A DNA stretch of 64,000 nt from Anaeromyxobacteraceae bacterium (GCA_047602405.1 JASGHJ010000002.1:32001-96000); one strand, 5' to 3'; positions 38,700 to 49,538 are shown, numbered from the stretch's first letter. Numbers and translations are program-made. The notes: generated by a model not told the origin, from the letters alone.

Positions 38700-38930
38700 G
38701 TGCCCGTCGACGACCACCGCGAATACGCCCAGGACCCCTCGGGTGGCGACGGTGCCGTGGTCTGCGCCCGGTGCGGACAGCCGGGTAACGTCGTCCTGAA
38801 CGGCGGCCTCTTCACGGGCGAGAAGACCTGGAGCGTCGAATGGGACCTCGACGTCTCGTGCTCGAGGAGCGCGGACCGTCAACACGAGGCCGTCCCCTCC
38901 GGTAGAGCGCAGCGACCGCCCACTCCCTGA
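38700..38930 (+). CDS. Small hypothetical protein with CxxC motif
   Basis: 76 aa, VVCARCG..SCSRSADRQH; coding-like GC3 bias; no family recognised. Confidence 0.4.
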   Translation: MPVDDHREYAQDPSGGDGAVVCARCGQPGNVVLNGGLFTGEKTWSVEWDLDVSCSRSADRQHEAVPSGRAQRPPTP

Positions 38931-39064
38931 GGTCCCGGGTCGTGCGCGCGTCCTCGGTCGCGCCCACCCGGCAGGCTGGCAGCGCCGTGGGGTGCCCTGG
39001 CCGACCGAGCGGGGAGGCTTGCGGTGATCCCGAGCACCACGTTCGGTTGGTAGGGTGGAGCAGC

Positions 39065-41815
39065 ATGGCCCGTTCCAGCCGACCCACCAGTGAGCTGACG
39101 TCCAGCGCGACGCCGGTCCGGTTCGTGCCGTACGCACAGGTCATCGCAGAGATGCTGGACGGCGTGCTGGTGGCGACGAGCGAAGCCCGGGTGGTCGCGG
39201 CGAACGCCGCCGCCGCGCGGATCTTCGAGGTCCCGGGCGAGGAGCTGCTCGTTCCGCTGGCCGTGTACCCGGAGCGGTTCGCCCTGCGCGCGCTCGACGG
39301 GCACCCCGAGCTCCCGGTGGCCCAGCGTGCGCTCGCCGGTGAGATCGTCGCGCCGGTCGAGCAGCGGATCCGCACGGCGACCGGGGACAAGATCATCAGG
39401 ACGAGCGCCGCTCCGCTGCGCGACGAGGACGGCGTGGTCATCGGCGCGGTCGTGCTGGCGGCGGACGTCTCGGCGATGAAGGCCGAGGAGCAGCGCGCCC
39501 GGCAAGAGGTGGCGCTGCTTCAGCAGGCCAGCGAAGACCGGCAACGGGCGCTCGACGATGCGCGGAAGACGGCCGAGCTCCTCCGGGTCACGGAGAGCCG
39601 CTTCGCGGCGTTCGTGAAGGCGACCTCCGAGGCGATCTACCTGATGAGCCCGGACTGGACGGAGATGCGCTTCCTGTCGGGAGGCGGATTCCTCGTCGAT
39701 ACCTCGGCGCCCCACCTGCGCTGGGACGAACGGTACCTCCTCCCCGAGGACCGCCCCGCGGTGTGGCGCGTCATCCACGAGGCGATCGCGAGGAAGCGGC
39801 CCTTTCACCTGGAGCATCGGGTCGTGCGCCAAGATGGGAGCATCGGCTGGACCCTCTCGCGAGCGGTCCCCTCTCGCGACGGGCAGGGCAGGGTGGTCGA
39901 GTGGTTCGGGATCGCCTCCGACATCACCCCGCGGAAGCGCGCCGAGGAGGCCGCCCTCGAAGGCGAGCGGCGGCTCCGCGCCTTCTTCCAGAGCGTGATG
40001 GAGCTGGCCGGCGTCCACGAGGCCGTGCGGGATGCCTCCGGCGCGGTCGTGGACTCGATCGTCAGGGAGGTGAACGATCCGGCGCTCCAGCTCCTCGGCC
40101 GTGGGCGCGAGGAGGTCGTGGGGCGACGGTTGAGCGAGGTGTTCACGCCCGAGCTGGCCTCCGCGCTGACACGGCCCTGGGCCGAGGTCCTCGCGACGGG
40201 CGCCCCGGCCCGGTACGAGGTGGAGGTGGCGGGACACGTGCTGGCGGTCGCGGCGTCGCGCATGGGCGCCGCCACGATCGCGGCGGTGGCGGACGACATC
40301 ACCGAGCGGAAGCGCGCGGAGCGCGCGCTCCGGGAGAGCGAGCTCCAGTTCAGGACGCTGACCGAGGCGATGCCGCACATCGTCTGCGCCCTCGCGCCGG
40401 ACGGAAGGGCCGAGTACGTGAACCCGCAGTGGACCGCGTTCTCCGGGCTCGACCTCCCGTCCACGAATCGGGTGGGGTGGGGAGCGCTCCTTCACCCCGA
40501 CGATCTCGCCGCGGCGGCCGACTGCCGTCGAAGGGCGCTGAAGACCCTGGCGCCGCAGGAGACGGAGCTCCGGTACCGCCGCGCAGACGGGGCGTTCCGC
40601 TGGTTCCTGAGCCGTCTCGCGCCCATCGTGGACGACCGCCGCGTCGTCCGCTTCATCGGCTCCGCCATGGACATCGAGGACCGGAAGCGGGCCGAGGAGG
40701 CGCTCCGGGAGACGGACCGCCGGCGAACGGAGTTCCTGGGCGTCCTCTCCCATGAGCTGCGGAATCCCCTCGCCCCCATCCGCAATGGCATCGAGATCCT
40801 CGACAAGGTCCCCGAGGGGGCGAGGGCGGCGCGCGCGCGCGAGGTGATCCGGCGACAGGCCGGGCAGTTGACCCGGCTCGTCGACGACCTGCTCGACGCG
40901 ACGCGCATCTCTCGCGGGAAGGTCCACCTCCAGCGGGAGGTCACCGATCTCCAGGATCTCGTGCGCAAGGCGTGCGAGGACTCCCGCTCCGTGTTCGCGG
41001 ACGCCAACCTCGAGCTGAGCCTCGAGATCCCGGCCGGGCCCGTGTGGGCCGACGTGGACCCGACCCGGATCTCGCAGGTGATCGGGAACCTGCTCCACAA
41101 CGCCCACAAGTTCACCCAGCCCGGCGGTGCGGTGACCGTCCGCCTTCGCGTCCGGGGTGGCCGCGCCGAGGTGTCCGTGCGGGACGACGGGGTCGGCATC
41201 GCCCCGGCGCAGCTCTCCCGGATGTTCGAGCCGTTCGCGCAGGAGGACCGGAGCCTCGCACGCACCCAGGGCGGACTCGGGCTCGGGCTCGCCCTGGCGA
41301 AGGGGCTCGTCGAGCTGCACGGGGGCACGATCGAGGCCCGGAGCGAGGGGGCGGGGAAGGGCTCCGAGTTCAAGGTCTGGCTCCCGGTGATCGAGGCGAA
41401 GCCCGCGCCCCCTCCTCGGCCCCCGGACCGCTCGCACGGGGCGGCTCGCCTGCGCGTGCTCGTCATCGACGACAACGCCGACGCCGCGCAGACGCTCGCC
41501 GATGCGCTGGAGCTGGAGGGGCACGAGGTGACCGTCGCCCGGAATGGAACCGTGGGCCTCCGCCTCGCGCGAGAGTTGCAACCCGACCTCGTGCTCTGCG
41601 ACCTCGGGCTCCCGGACCTGGACGGCTACGAGGTCGCGAGGAGGCTGCGCGCGGACGACGCCCTGCGCTACACGCGGCTCATCGCCGTGTCCGGGTACGC
41701 GCAGCCCGAGGACATCGAGCGCGCACGCGAGGCCGGGTTCGACGTCCACCTGCCCAAGCCGGCGCCGCTCGAGGAGCTCAGCTCCCTCCTCGCGGGGCAG
41801 CCGCCGCCCGCGTGA
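39065..41815 (+). CDS. Hybrid sensor histidine kinase (four PAS, HisKA, HATPase, REC)
   Basis: EWFGIASDITPRKR, DIEDRKR, LSHELRNPLAPIRN, NLLHNAHKFT, GGLGLGL, VLVIDDN..CDLGLPD..HLPKP; start uncertain. Confidence 0.93.
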   Translation: MARSSRPTSELTSSATPVRFVPYAQVIAEMLDGVLVATSEARVVAANAAAARIFEVPGEELLVPLAVYPERFALRALDGHPELPVAQRALAGEIVAPVEQRIRTATGDKIIRTSAAPLRDEDGVVIGAVVLAADVSAMKAEEQRARQEVALLQQASEDRQRALDDARKTAELLRVTESRFAAFVKATSEAIYLMSPDWTEMRFLSGGGFLVDTSAPHLRWDERYLLPEDRPAVWRVIHEAIARKRPFHLEHRVVRQDGSIGWTLSRAVPSRDGQGRVVEWFGIASDITPRKRAEEAALEGERRLRAFFQSVMELAGVHEAVRDASGAVVDSIVREVNDPALQLLGRGREEVVGRRLSEVFTPELASALTRPWAEVLATGAPARYEVEVAGHVLAVAASRMGAATIAAVADDITERKRAERALRESELQFRTLTEAMPHIVCALAPDGRAEYVNPQWTAFSGLDLPSTNRVGWGALLHPDDLAAAADCRRRALKTLAPQETELRYRRADGAFRWFLSRLAPIVDDRRVVRFIGSAMDIEDRKRAEEALRETDRRRTEFLGVLSHELRNPLAPIRNGIEILDKVPEGARAARAREVIRRQAGQLTRLVDDLLDATRISRGKVHLQREVTDLQDLVRKACEDSRSVFADANLELSLEIPAGPVWADVDPTRISQVIGNLLHNAHKFTQPGGAVTVRLRVRGGRAEVSVRDDGVGIAPAQLSRMFEPFAQEDRSLARTQGGLGLGLALAKGLVELHGGTIEARSEGAGKGSEFKVWLPVIEAKPAPPPRPPDRSHGAARLRVLVIDDNADAAQTLADALELEGHEVTVARNGTVGLRLARELQPDLVLCDLGLPDLDGYEVARRLRADDALRYTRLIAVSGYAQPEDIERAREAGFDVHLPKPAPLEELSSLLAGQPPPA

Positions 41816-41841
41816 CCGGCCACCCTGTACGGTCCCGCGGT

Positions 41842-42084
41842 TCAGCCGACGTCGCGCGCGCCGATGGAGAGCGTGGTGCTCGCGAGCGCGGAGAGGCCGA
41901 TGGGGATCACCGGCCGCGCGACCACCAGCGCGCGGCTGAGCGTGCACGCGATCGCGGCGCCGGCCCACTCGCGCATGCCGGGCAGCGCGGGACCCCTCGT
42001 CCACAGGAGGACGAGGAAGGCGGAGGCGAGGAGGCTGAGGGCGAAGCCGACGACATAGAGCGTCGGCACGGCGATGGGATCCAT
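41842..42084 (-). pseudogene. Short membrane-protein fragment resembling the N-terminus of a membrane sensor
   Basis: 80 aa of two to three hydrophobic helices (..LLWTRGPALPGMREWAGA..) ending abruptly near the convergent kinase stop. Confidence 0.4.
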
Positions 42085-42213
42085 GCGGGGTTCACGCCGC
42101 GCGGCTCCTGCCGGCAGGGCGGAGCCAAGCTGCCCGCTTCATCGCGGCGTTGGAAGATACCGCCAGTAGACTTGACGATGAGTCATTCGCCGCGCCCGCG
42201 GCGGGGTCCCCTG

Positions 42214-42432
42214 CTACTCCACGAGCGACGTCGCGGGCACGGCGAGCGCCCTCGCGATGCTGAGGACCAGCGTGATCGGCGGGTTCCGGTGGCCTCGCTC
42301 GAGGACCGACACGTAGGCGGTGGAGATGCCGAGGGTGGACCCGAGCTGGGCCTGGGTGATGCCGAGGGACCTGCGCGCGAGGCTGAGCCGGGTGCCGAAC
42401 GCCACCAGCAGCGGATCTTTCCGAGCGGGCAT
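42214..42432 (-). CDS. XRE-family HTH transcriptional regulator
   Basis: MPARKDPLLVAFGTRL..ARRSLGITQAQLG..GISTAYVSVLERGHRNP, 72 aa. Confidence 0.88.
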   Translation of the reverse strand: MPARKDPLLVAFGTRLSLARRSLGITQAQLGSTLGISTAYVSVLERGHRNPPITLVLSIARALAVPATSLVE

Positions 42433-42567
42433 GCGGAGGGCAGTGTACTGCGGGCGAATGAGTAAATCGACTAGAGATAACGGGGGACCCGGAGGGGAGC
42501 GCCGCCTGGCGGCGGGTCGGCCGGAGGGACCGGCGAGCTCGCCATCCTTCCCGTATAGGATGCCTCG

Positions 42568-43560
42568 ATGGCCGTCCGCTTCGACTCCCTCCGCGTGCTC
42601 GAGGCCGCGTACTCGGCGGAGGCGGACGAGGGTGCGTGGCTCCGCGGGATCGTCTCCGAGTTCGAGCCGCTCGCGCGGGGCGGCGGCGTCTTCGCGGCGA
42701 GCTTCCGCATCCAGGCCGACCGCATGACGCGCCTCGAGATCGCCGCGACGCCGGGCGTCCTGATGCCCCCGGCCCGGGAGATGCGCGCGTTCTGGCTGAG
42801 CTCGCCGTTCCCGCTCGTGCGCACCTGGTTCGAGCCGGTGCCCCCCGTCGACACGATGCTCGCCCGGCTCCGGCGCTCCGGCGCCTCGATGGACGAGCAG
42901 CCCGTCCGGTTCTTCTCGGCGCTCGGCGTCGCCGACATCATCGGGATCCTGGGGCTCGATCCCGCGGGGCATGGCGTTCACGTCTCGCTGCCGGCGACGT
43001 CGCGCGTCCACCTCTCGCCTCGGGCGCAGCACCGGCTCCAGCTCGTCTCCGCTCACCTGGCCGCCGCCCGCCGCCTGCGCGCCTCCGTGAGCCGCGACGT
43101 GGAGGCGGTGCTCGATCCGTCCGGCCGGGTGGAGCACGCCGTGGGGGAGGCCCGCGCCCCCGCGGCGCGCCAGGGGCTCGCCACCGCCGTCATCCGGGTG
43201 GAGCGGGCCCGTGGTCGCCTCCGGCGGGAGGAGCCGGACGGCGCGCTCGCGCTCTGGCGCGGCCTCGTGGACGGCCGGTGGTCGCTCGTCGACCACGTCG
43301 AGGCCGACGGCCGGCGCGTGATCCTGGCGCGCCGGAACCCGACCGGCGTGCGCGACCCGCGCGCGCTCTCGGCCCGCGAGCGCGACGTCCTCGCCTACGT
43401 GGCGCAGGGCCACGGCAACAAGCAGGTCGCCTACGCGCTCGGGCTGTCGAAGACCACCGTCGCCGCCCACCTCCGCCGGGCCGTCGCGAAGCTCGGCCTG
43501 CGCACCCGGCGGGACGCGATCCGGCTGTTCGAGGCGGACGGCGACGGGGACGGGCGCTGA
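42568..43560 (+). CDS. LuxR-family HTH regulator without receiver domain
   Basis: C-terminal LSARERDVLAYVAQGHGNKQVAYALGLSKTTVAAHLRRA; preceding LWRGLVDGRWSLVD..ARRN segment. Confidence 0.88.
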   Translation: MAVRFDSLRVLEAAYSAEADEGAWLRGIVSEFEPLARGGGVFAASFRIQADRMTRLEIAATPGVLMPPAREMRAFWLSSPFPLVRTWFEPVPPVDTMLARLRRSGASMDEQPVRFFSALGVADIIGILGLDPAGHGVHVSLPATSRVHLSPRAQHRLQLVSAHLAAARRLRASVSRDVEAVLDPSGRVEHAVGEARAPAARQGLATAVIRVERARGRLRREEPDGALALWRGLVDGRWSLVDHVEADGRRVILARRNPTGVRDPRALSARERDVLAYVAQGHGNKQVAYALGLSKTTVAAHLRRAVAKLGLRTRRDAIRLFEADGDGDGR

Positions 43561-43796
43561 GCTCAGGTGTCCGGGTAGCGCTCCTCCCGTGCGCGAGGGT
43601 CGGCGACGCGGCAGGCGCTCGTTTGTCCAGCCACGGAGGGTTGCGAGCCGGAATCGGACGGCCGGGCACGCCGCCGTGCGTCACCCGCGGATAGGACGAG
43701 ACGAACACCGTGGGGGGCGTAAACTGCCCTTTGGTGCTCCCCGCGAGCGACACGCCTCGTGAAGTCGCGCCGGCCCGCACGGCGGCCGGGGGTCGG

Positions 43797-45048
43797 ATGC
43801 CTCCGCTCTACGTGAGGCTGGGCGTGGGCCTGGGGGCGCTCGGCTACGGCACCCTGGTCGGCATCAATCTCGTCCTCGGCGGCGTCAATCCCTGGGAGGC
43901 CTTCGCGGCCCTCGGCTTCGCGACCGCCTTTGCCCTGTCCTTCCGCGACCCGCTGCGCGCGGGTGCGCTCGCGCTGATGATCGGGCTCGGCGAGACGCTC
44001 TCGAGCTTCGCGGCCTACGGCATCCTCAGTGGGTCGGGGCTGGTCCTCCCGGTCCTCGTCACGATGGCCGGGCTGCTCCTGGGCGAGCGCGCGGCGCTCG
44101 TGATGGGCGCGCTGGCCGGGCTGGGGGCGGGAGCCGCGGCCATCGTGTTCCGGCCGGCGGGGCAGTTGTTCACGCGCGACGAGCTCGAGCGGTTCGTCGT
44201 CATCGGCCTCACGGTCGGCGTCAGCGCGGTCCTCACCTACGCCGCCGTGCGAAGCCACCGCAAGGCGCTCGCGCAATCGGAGGCGGCGCGGCTGAGGACG
44301 ATCCGCGAGGCCTCCGAGCGGCGGGCGCTCGAGCTGCAGCTGCAGCACGCCCAGCGGCTCGAGACGATGGGGCTCATGGCGGGCGGGGTCGCGCACGACT
44401 TCAACAACATGCTCGCGGCCATCGCGGGGAACGCCGACTTCCTCCTGGAGCGCGAGGACGAGGAGGTCCGCGGAGATCGCCCGCGAGATCGTGACGATCC
44501 AGCATCGGGGAACGGCGCTCACGCGGCAGCTCCTGGCGTTCGCGAGGCGCGACGTCCACCGGCCGGAGCGGGTCGACCTCTGCCGGGCGGTGCACGGCAT
44601 GACGCGGCTCCTCGAGCGCATCCTCGGGCGGGAGCACGCCCTCGAGGTCGAGGCCCACGTCGAGGCGTTCGTCGTCGCGGACCTCGCGCAGATCGAGCAG
44701 GTGGTCGCGAACCTCGTCTCCAACGCGCGGGATGCGAGCCCTCCCGGACTTCCCGTGGCGATCCGTGTCTCCCGCCTCGGCCGGGAAGCCGCGAGCGCGC
44801 TGGGCTCCACCCTCGAAGGCGACGTGGCGATGCTCGAGGTGGTCGACCGCGGGGCCGGAGTCCCGCCGGAGGCCCGCGACCGCATCTTCGAGCCCTTCTT
44901 CACCACGAAGCCGCGCGACCAGGGCACGGGCCTCGGCCTGTCGATGGTGCACGGGATCGTCGGCCAGAGCGGCGGCCAGGTCCTGTTCGAGAGCGTCCAG
45001 GGGCTGGGGACGACCTTCCGGGTCTTCCTCCCGCTCGCGCCCGGGTGA
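43797..45048 (+). CDS. Membrane-bound sensor histidine kinase; apparent +1 frameshift at ~44472
   Basis: Multi-TM N-terminus, [13 protein letters not shown]-box; after removing one [51 protein letters not shown]. Confidence 0.85.
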
Positions 45049-45213
45049 GATCGGCCGGACCTCCAGCCGGGCGAGCCGTGGCCTCCTCGCTGGCCTCCAC
45101 CGCCGGGCGCGCCGGGCTCCGGAACAAGGCCGCCTCGCGAGCCGTTCGTCTCGGAGGGAGCTCCGTCCGGAGCTGTCCGGCACGCTTCCACACGTTCGAC
45201 TGGCCCGCTGCTG

Positions 45214-46623
45214 ATGACCGTCCATTCTGCCGGCAGGGTGCCCCGGGCGGACGCCGCCGCCCGCCGGGTCCAGCGATGGGTCCCGATCGCGTACGCCGCG
45301 GTGGCGTCGGCGTGGATCGCGGGCAGCGATCTCGCGCTGCGCCTCGTGTCGCACACGCCGGGCGAGTACGTGATCGGCTCGGTCGCGAAGGGCCTCGCGT
45401 TCGTGGCCGTGACCGCGATGGCCCTGCACGTCGTGCTCCGCCGCGCCCTGGCCGGCCAGCGGCGGGCGTTCGAGTCCCTCGAGCGCGCGACGGCGGCGCT
45501 GCGCGGGTCCGACGAGCGCAAGGAGAGGGTGATCGGGATCCTCTCGCACGAGCTCCGGAACCCGCTGGCCTCCATGCGGCAGGCGACCTGGCTGCTCGAG
45601 CACGGCGCCCCGGGCGACGCCCGGCACGGGAAGGCGCTCGAGACGCTCGGCAGGCAGCTGCTCCACCTCACGCGCCTCACCGACGATCTCTTCGACCTCT
45701 CGCTCCTGACGCACGGGCGGGCCAGGTTCGAGCGGGCGCGCGTCGACCTCTGCAAGGTCCTCGGGGCGGCCATCCAGGATCACGAGCGCCTGTTCGCCTC
45801 CAGGGGCATCGCGGTCGCCACGGTGTGCCCGGAGCTCCCGCTCTGGGTCGAGGGGGATGCCATCCGCCTCGGGCAGGCGCTCGCGAACATCCTCTGGAAC
45901 GCCGCGAAGTTCACCCCGTCCGGCGGCCACATCCGGGCGGAGGTGACGCGGGCGCCCGGCATGACCGCGGTCATCCGCGTGACGGACGACGGCGTCGGCG
46001 TGCCGCCGGAGCTCCTCCGCACGATCTTCGAGCCCTTCACGCAGGCGGACCGCAGCCTGGACCGCAGCCACGGGGGGCTGGGGGTGGGGCTCGCGATCGT
46101 GAGGTCGGTCGCGGCAGCGCACGGCGGCTCCGTCGTGGCGAGGAGCGACGGCCCAGGCCGTGGCACCCAGCTCGAGCTCACCTTGCCGCTCGCGAGCGAG
46201 GCCGCCGCCGTGGACGGCGCTCGCTCGCTCCAGCCCGCGCACCGGCATCACCGGGTGCTGGTGATCGAGGACAACCTGGACGCGGCGACGACGCTGAGGG
46301 ATCTGCTCCTCATGTGGAATCACGAGGTCGAGCTCGCGCACGACGGGGTCGAAGGGATCGCGAAGGCGCGGGCCTTCCTGCCCACCGTGGTGCTGTGCGA
46401 CCTCGGGCTCCCGGGCCTCGACGGGTACGAGGTCGCGCGTGCAATCCGTCGTCTCCCGGAGCTCTCGGGGGCGTTCCTCGTCGCGGTGACGGGCTACGCC
46501 TCCACGGAGGACGCGCGTCGCGCGGCCAGCGCGGGCTTCGATCGCCACGTGGGCAAGCCGGTCCCCGTGCACGTCTTCGAGGAGGTCCTCGCGACCGTGC
46601 CTGCCGCGGGCCCGCTGCACTGA
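45214..46623 (+). CDS. Hybrid histidine kinase with two-TM N-terminus
   Basis: YAAVASAWIAGSD..KGLAFVAVT TM pair, LSHELRNPL, NAAKFT, GGLGVGL, VLVIEDN..CDLGLP. Confidence 0.92.
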   Translation: MTVHSAGRVPRADAAARRVQRWVPIAYAAVASAWIAGSDLALRLVSHTPGEYVIGSVAKGLAFVAVTAMALHVVLRRALAGQRRAFESLERATAALRGSDERKERVIGILSHELRNPLASMRQATWLLEHGAPGDARHGKALETLGRQLLHLTRLTDDLFDLSLLTHGRARFERARVDLCKVLGAAIQDHERLFASRGIAVATVCPELPLWVEGDAIRLGQALANILWNAAKFTPSGGHIRAEVTRAPGMTAVIRVTDDGVGVPPELLRTIFEPFTQADRSLDRSHGGLGVGLAIVRSVAAAHGGSVVARSDGPGRGTQLELTLPLASEAAAVDGARSLQPAHRHHRVLVIEDNLDAATTLRDLLLMWNHEVELAHDGVEGIAKARAFLPTVVLCDLGLPGLDGYEVARAIRRLPELSGAFLVAVTGYASTEDARRAASAGFDRHVGKPVPVHVFEEVLATVPAAGPLH

Positions 46624-46662
46624 GCGCCGGGGCGGCGGCGTGCGTCGCCGCGGCCGACGGGG

Positions 46663-47316
46663 TCAGCGGCGGGTGCGCAGGAACACGCCGAGGGCCGCGT
46701 CCGCTCCCATGATGTGCCAGCGGAGCCACTCGACGAGCCAGGCCCTGGTCCTCCGGGACAGGTGCTCGGTCGGCCCGCGCGTCAGGACCTCCTGGTTCAG
46801 GGCGGTGAAGTCGCGGATGAACTTCGAGTGCTGGGCGAGGTGGCCCGCGTAGCCGGGGTACGCGCGGTCCCTCATCAGCCGCTCCTCCTCCGTGAAGTGG
46901 TCAATCACGTAGGCCCCGAGGAAGTCCATGAGGCTGTTCGTGTCGGGGCGCTCCCGGCGCGACATCGCCTGATGCAGCGCCTCGATGCGCGCGAAGATCT
47001 GCCGGTGCTGCCCGTCGATCGTGGCGTGGCCGGTGAGCAACGCGGGCGACCACGCAGGTGGGTCGCCGGGGAGCGGTGAGCCCTGCGCCTCCGCCTCGTC
47101 GAAGCCGTTGGTCCGGGCGCACCGCGGGCAGACGAACACCACGCCGGCGATGCGCGGCTTCACCTCGGCGGAGGCGAGGACGTGCCCGCACCCTCCGCAC
47201 GTATAGTGAATGAGGGAGGGGTTCGACGGGTCGAGCGGCACGTCGGGGCGGCGTAGTATGACCGTCGAGACCATCGGACGTTCCGACACGAGTTTCAGGG
47301 GGATCCGCTGAGGCAT
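46663..47316 (-). CDS. Bacteriohemerythrin fused to N-terminal zinc ribbon
   Basis: YTCGGCG..FVCPRCARTN, then WSPALLTGHATIDGQH..HFTEEERLM..YPGYAGHLAQH..WLRWHIMGAD (complete di-iron ligand set); ATG 47316. Confidence 0.9.
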   Translation of the reverse strand: MPQRIPLKLVSERPMVSTVILRRPDVPLDPSNPSLIHYTCGGCGHVLASAEVKPRIAGVVFVCPRCARTNGFDEAEAQGSPLPGDPPAWSPALLTGHATIDGQHRQIFARIEALHQAMSRRERPDTNSLMDFLGAYVIDHFTEEERLMRDRAYPGYAGHLAQHSKFIRDFTALNQEVLTRGPTEHLSRRTRAWLVEWLRWHIMGADAALGVFLRTRR

Positions 47317-47505
47317 GCGGGCCGAGTCTACGGGGGGCGAGGTCCCCCGGCGGATGCGACCAACCGCCGCGGACCGGACGTGCGAGCCGGGGGACCGATC
47401 GGCCCGGCGCCCTCGCGCCGCGATGGCGGCCCCTTCCGGGCGTCGCTGCCGACGCCGACGCTGGGTAATCGCGAGTCGGCCGGCGGAATCCGGCGGAGGT
47501 GACGG

Positions 47506-48598
47506 ATGGAAGGTTCCCGGGGCGGCGGAGCGCACGGCAGGCGGCGGTTCCTCGCGCGGGCGCTGGGCGGTGCCTCCGCGCTGGCAGCATCCCTGAAGGG
47601 CTTCGGGTCCGCGCGCGCCGCCGACGCGCCCCGGCGCGCGCCGGCGACAGCGCGCGGGCTCATCGACGTGCACCATCACCACGTGCCGCCGTTCTGGCTC
47701 GCGGAGAACAGGGAGCGGATCGTCGCCTCGTTCGGCGGCAAGATCAGCCCGGCCTACGATACGTGGTCGCCTGCCAGGGCGGTCGAGGCGATGGACCAGG
47801 CGGGGATCGAGGTGGCGGTCCTGTCGCTCACCACCCCGGGCGTCTGGTTCGGCGACGCGGCCGCGTCGCGGACCCTCTCGCGCCGTGCCAACGACTACGC
47901 CGCCGAGCTGGGCCGGAGTCACCCCGGCCGCTTCGGCCTCTTCGCCGCCGTCCCGCTCCCGGACCCGGAGGGCAGCCTGCGCGAGGTCGAGTACGCGCTC
48001 GACGTGTTGAAGGCCGATGGCATCGGCGTCCTCACGAGCTACGGCGACCGGTGGCTCGGGGATCCCGCCTTCGAATCCGGTGCTCGCGGAGCTCGACCGC
48101 CGCAAGGCGGTGGTGTTCGTCCACCCGACCATCCCGGCGTGCTGCCGGACCCTCCTGCCCGACGTCCGCCCGGTGATGACCGAGATCCCGCAGGACACCG
48201 GCCGCGCCATCGCCAACCTGCTGTACACCGGCGCCCTCGTCCGCTTCAGGAACATCCGGTTCATCTTCGCGCACGCGGGCGGTACGGCGCCCGTGCTCTA
48301 CGGCCGGATGCTCCAGTATCCGCCGCAGGACCTCGCGTCGAAGGCCCCCGACGGCATCGAGGCCGAGCTCCGGCGACTCCACTACGACGTCGCCGCGACG
48401 GCCTACCGGCCGGCGCTCGCCGCCCTGACGAGCCTCGTCCCGACCTCGCAGATCCTGCTCGGCACCGACAATCCGTTCTCGCCCGCCGTGGACACGGTGC
48501 GTGGGCTCCGCACGAACGGCTTCTCGGAGGCGGAGCTGCGCGCGATCGGTCGCGAGAACGCCCTCGCGCTGCTGCCACGGCTGAGCCGGGCCACCTGA
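47506..48598 (+). CDS. Tat-exported amidohydrolase family 2 (decarboxylase-like); apparent +1 frameshift at ~48075
   Basis: RRRFL twin-Arg signal, IDVHHH, NDYAAEL..PGRFGLFA; removing one A from GAATC (48073-48077) gives FDPVLAELDRRKAVVFVHP..HAGG..LLGTDNPF. Confidence 0.88.
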
Positions 48599-48657
48599 GC
48601 GGGCGGGCCTCGTCCGGCGCGAGATCTCGGGCCGCCGATCGAGATGCGCCGCGGCGA

Positions 48658-49401
48658 CTACCGTTCCACCGGGGCGGAGCCTTCGACCGCGGGGCGCGCG
48701 GGGCCGCGCCCCGACCTTGCCGCCGTGGTGATGGAGAGCGCCGGCTCGCCCTCGAGGCGCTTCGTGCTGTCCACGCGGCTCCGCTCGCCCAGGCTGCCCA
48801 GCAGGGCGCGCGCGGCGAGGTCGGTCGGCCCGCGCAGCGCGGGGTGGTCCGCCATCCGGAGCGCGCGCTCCACGGGCAGCCCCCGCGCCCAGAGCGCGAG
48901 GAAGAGCGGCGTCTCGGTGGCGCCCGTGGCGTTCACCCCCACGGCCCCGACGCAGGCGCGGAAGCCGGCCCCGCGCAGCGCCAGGGCGTGGCTCGCCGCG
49001 TGGCAGGCGGTCGAGTAGGCGAGCCGGGGCTCGAGCGCCGGGGCGCTCGCGACGGCGGCCGCGAATGCCTCGATGCCGGCGTCGCCGTCCGCGAGCACCA
49101 GGCCGCCGGCCTCGCCGTGCACGTTCACGAACAGGTCGAGCGCGCGCGGCTGGCCGCCCTCGGCGAGCCGGCGAACCGCCTCGGCGACGCCCGCGAGCGT
49201 GGCCTCCGGACCGCGGAGGACCACCGCGGCGTCGTAGGCCCGGCCGAGGCGCCGGGCGAGCCACGCCGTCGCGGCGTCCAGCAGCCGGTACAGCCACCGG
49301 AGGCGGCGAGGACCACCGGCCGCGAGCGCGGTGATGGCGAGGAGGGCGCGGTCGGTGCGCGGCACCTCCGGGTTCTGCCGCGCCCGGGACCTGCGCGCCA
49401 C
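48658..49401 (-). CDS. Hypothetical protein with possible clan-CD (caspase/CHAT-like) His-Cys dyad
   Basis: LFVNVHGE..RLAYSTACH spacing; start uncertain. Confidence 0.5.
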   Translation of the reverse strand: MARRSRARQNPEVPRTDRALLAITALAAGGPRRLRWLYRLLDAATAWLARRLGRAYDAAVVLRGPEATLAGVAEAVRRLAEGGQPRALDLFVNVHGEAGGLVLADGDAGIEAFAAAVASAPALEPRLAYSTACHAASHALALRGAGFRACVGAVGVNATGATETPLFLALWARGLPVERALRMADHPALRGPTDLAARALLGSLGERSRVDSTKRLEGEPALSITTAARSGRGPARPAVEGSAPVER

Positions 49402-49538
49402 CCCCGCCGTGGACGTCGGCGAGGCCCTTGCTCACGCGGGGGGCCTCGGCGCTGCGTCAAAGGGCCGTAGGCATCGAGCCGGGGGTTGCACTTCCGCGCC
49501 CGGCCGCGTTCCATGCTGGCGTGTCCCGGAGGACTCCG

